From positions 1,934-65,933 of the IMG/VR virus record IMGVR_UViG_3300046170_000320: a stretch of DNA of 64,000 nt; one strand, 5' to 3'. The position numbers and the translations under genes are program-made. Source of the stretch: a virus. Lineage: Duplodnaviria; Caudoviricetes. The notes under the pieces were generated by a model, which searched no databases, was not told where the DNA came from, and was given only the letters and a program-made list of their open reading frames with translations. This document shows, in pieces, positions 62,966 through 64,000 of the stretch (position 1 is the first letter of the stretch; every line of letters starts with the position of its first letter).

Positions 62966-64000
62966 TTAGTGTTTTATCCATTTAGATTTACCTCTCATAA
63001 CTTGAACTATTTCGTCAAGCTTTATATTAGATAATCTTATTTTAGCATTTCTAAGCTTAGCGCTTCTGTCTTTTTTAAATCTTTGCACTATATACTCAGG
63101 TTGATTAGCTCTTGTAGATATTATATTATACATTATAGAAGCATATAAAGCATCTTCAGCTAGCTTTGGTACTTTGCTATCGCCATCATAAGCTAGACCA
63201 TCTGATATATACTCAAGTACGATTAATTTACCTACTAAATTACTTGAAAAAGACATTTTACCTTCTCTATAATTAGGGTTAAACCAACCATTTACTTGTG
63301 CATATTGTGGTTCTATTCCGTAAAGCTGACCATATGCTATAGTGTTGTCAAAGCCATAATAGTTAGCCCAATAAGCATAATCATCTAAATTGTCAAATAT
63401 ACCTTGATTAATTATAACATCATTTGCTTTTTTCCATCTTTCTTCAGTTATAGAAGTTCCTTCTATATTTGAGCCAAAGTTGTCTTGAATTGGTAAGCCT
63501 ACGGCATCTTGAACTGGGTTTTGATATGGACTAGTCGTTAAATTGTTTGCTGGGTATATAGGTCTTTTAACGCCTAAATGATCAATATAGCAAACACTAA
63601 CATAGTTTACATAATCTTGAGGTAGTACTATATTTAAGCTTGCTGGTATTGTTAACTCTTGTGAATGTATACTTTTTAATGTATCATAACTAAACTCTTG
63701 TAAAGATCTTTTAGCAAAAAATAATACATCAGATTTGCTAGCTTTTTGTAATATTTTACCATCACCAACGTATCCAACCATAAAGTTATCTATAGCGTCG
63801 TTTAATGTTATATACTCGTATCCTCCGTAGTTGTTTTCTACGGCTTGACCAAAAGCGTCTTGAGCTCCATAGTTACCGCCACTTAAAGATTTTAATTGAA
63901 CAACTAAATAATAATTTTGATTTAAAGAATTAGTTACTTTTATAGTATTATTTTCAACAGTATAAGGATCTTCGTATTCTTGAAATGATCCAGGAAGTCC
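62966..64000 (-). CDS. Tail ring/tubular adaptor protein, 5'-truncated
   Basis: Frame stays open upstream of 63781 to the window end; LPQDYVNYV, LEYISDG. Confidence 0.6.
   Translation of the reverse strand, partial: GLPGSFQEYEDPYTVENNTIKVTNSLNQNYYLVVQLKSLSGGNYGAQDAFGQAVENNYGGYEYITLNDAIDNFMVGYVGDGKILQKASKSDVLFFAKRSLQEFSYDTLKSIHSQELTIPASLNIVLPQDYVNYVSVCYIDHLGVKRPIYPANNLTTSPYQNPVQDAVGLPIQDNFGSNIEGTSITEERWKKANDVIINQGIFDNLDDYAYWANYYGFDNTIAYGQLYGIEPQYAQVNGWFNPNYREGKMSFSSNLVGKLIVLEYISDGLAYDGDSKVPKLAEDALYASIMYNIISTRANQPEYIVQRFKKDRSAKLRNAKIRLSNIKLDEIVQVMRGKSKWIKH

Overview
About 64 kb of an AT-rich, apparently lytic, short-tailed dsDNA phage, probably most of a circularly permuted genome. The host is most likely Bacteroidota/Flavobacteriia: starts have A-rich leaders without Shine-Dalgarno, the phage carries GroEL/GroES, and the tail genes look crAss/phi38:1-like. 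Minus-strand arms (1-25.7 kb, 43.8-64 kb) encode capsid, scaffold, portal, terminase, chaperonins, head-spike and tail fibres, lysis genes, tail/ejection proteins and two clusters of small basic proteins. The plus-strand arm (26.1-43.7 kb) holds early genes, ligase, a sigma factor, ERF/exonuclease/SSB, primase-helicase, a dCMP-type thymidylate-synthase homolog, MazG-like enzymes, a resolvase and class I RNR; no DNA polymerase is visible. Many genes are split by indels that look like sequencing errors. Strongest unexplained signals: (1) four abutting RNA folds at 29.05-29.36 kb, including a 70-nt RNA resembling the tmRNA tRNA-like domain with G3-U70; (2) twin 47-bp sites with near-identical arms but an inverted core, one covering the start of an HTH gene; (3) two fixed-spacing promoter-like motif families; (4) a candidate cytosine-modification enzyme; (5) a recurring SP(L/A/M)x tag on small basic proteins; (6) GC-rich patches with overlapping +1-frame ORFs. 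Family assignments come from motif recognition by eye, not from database searches.
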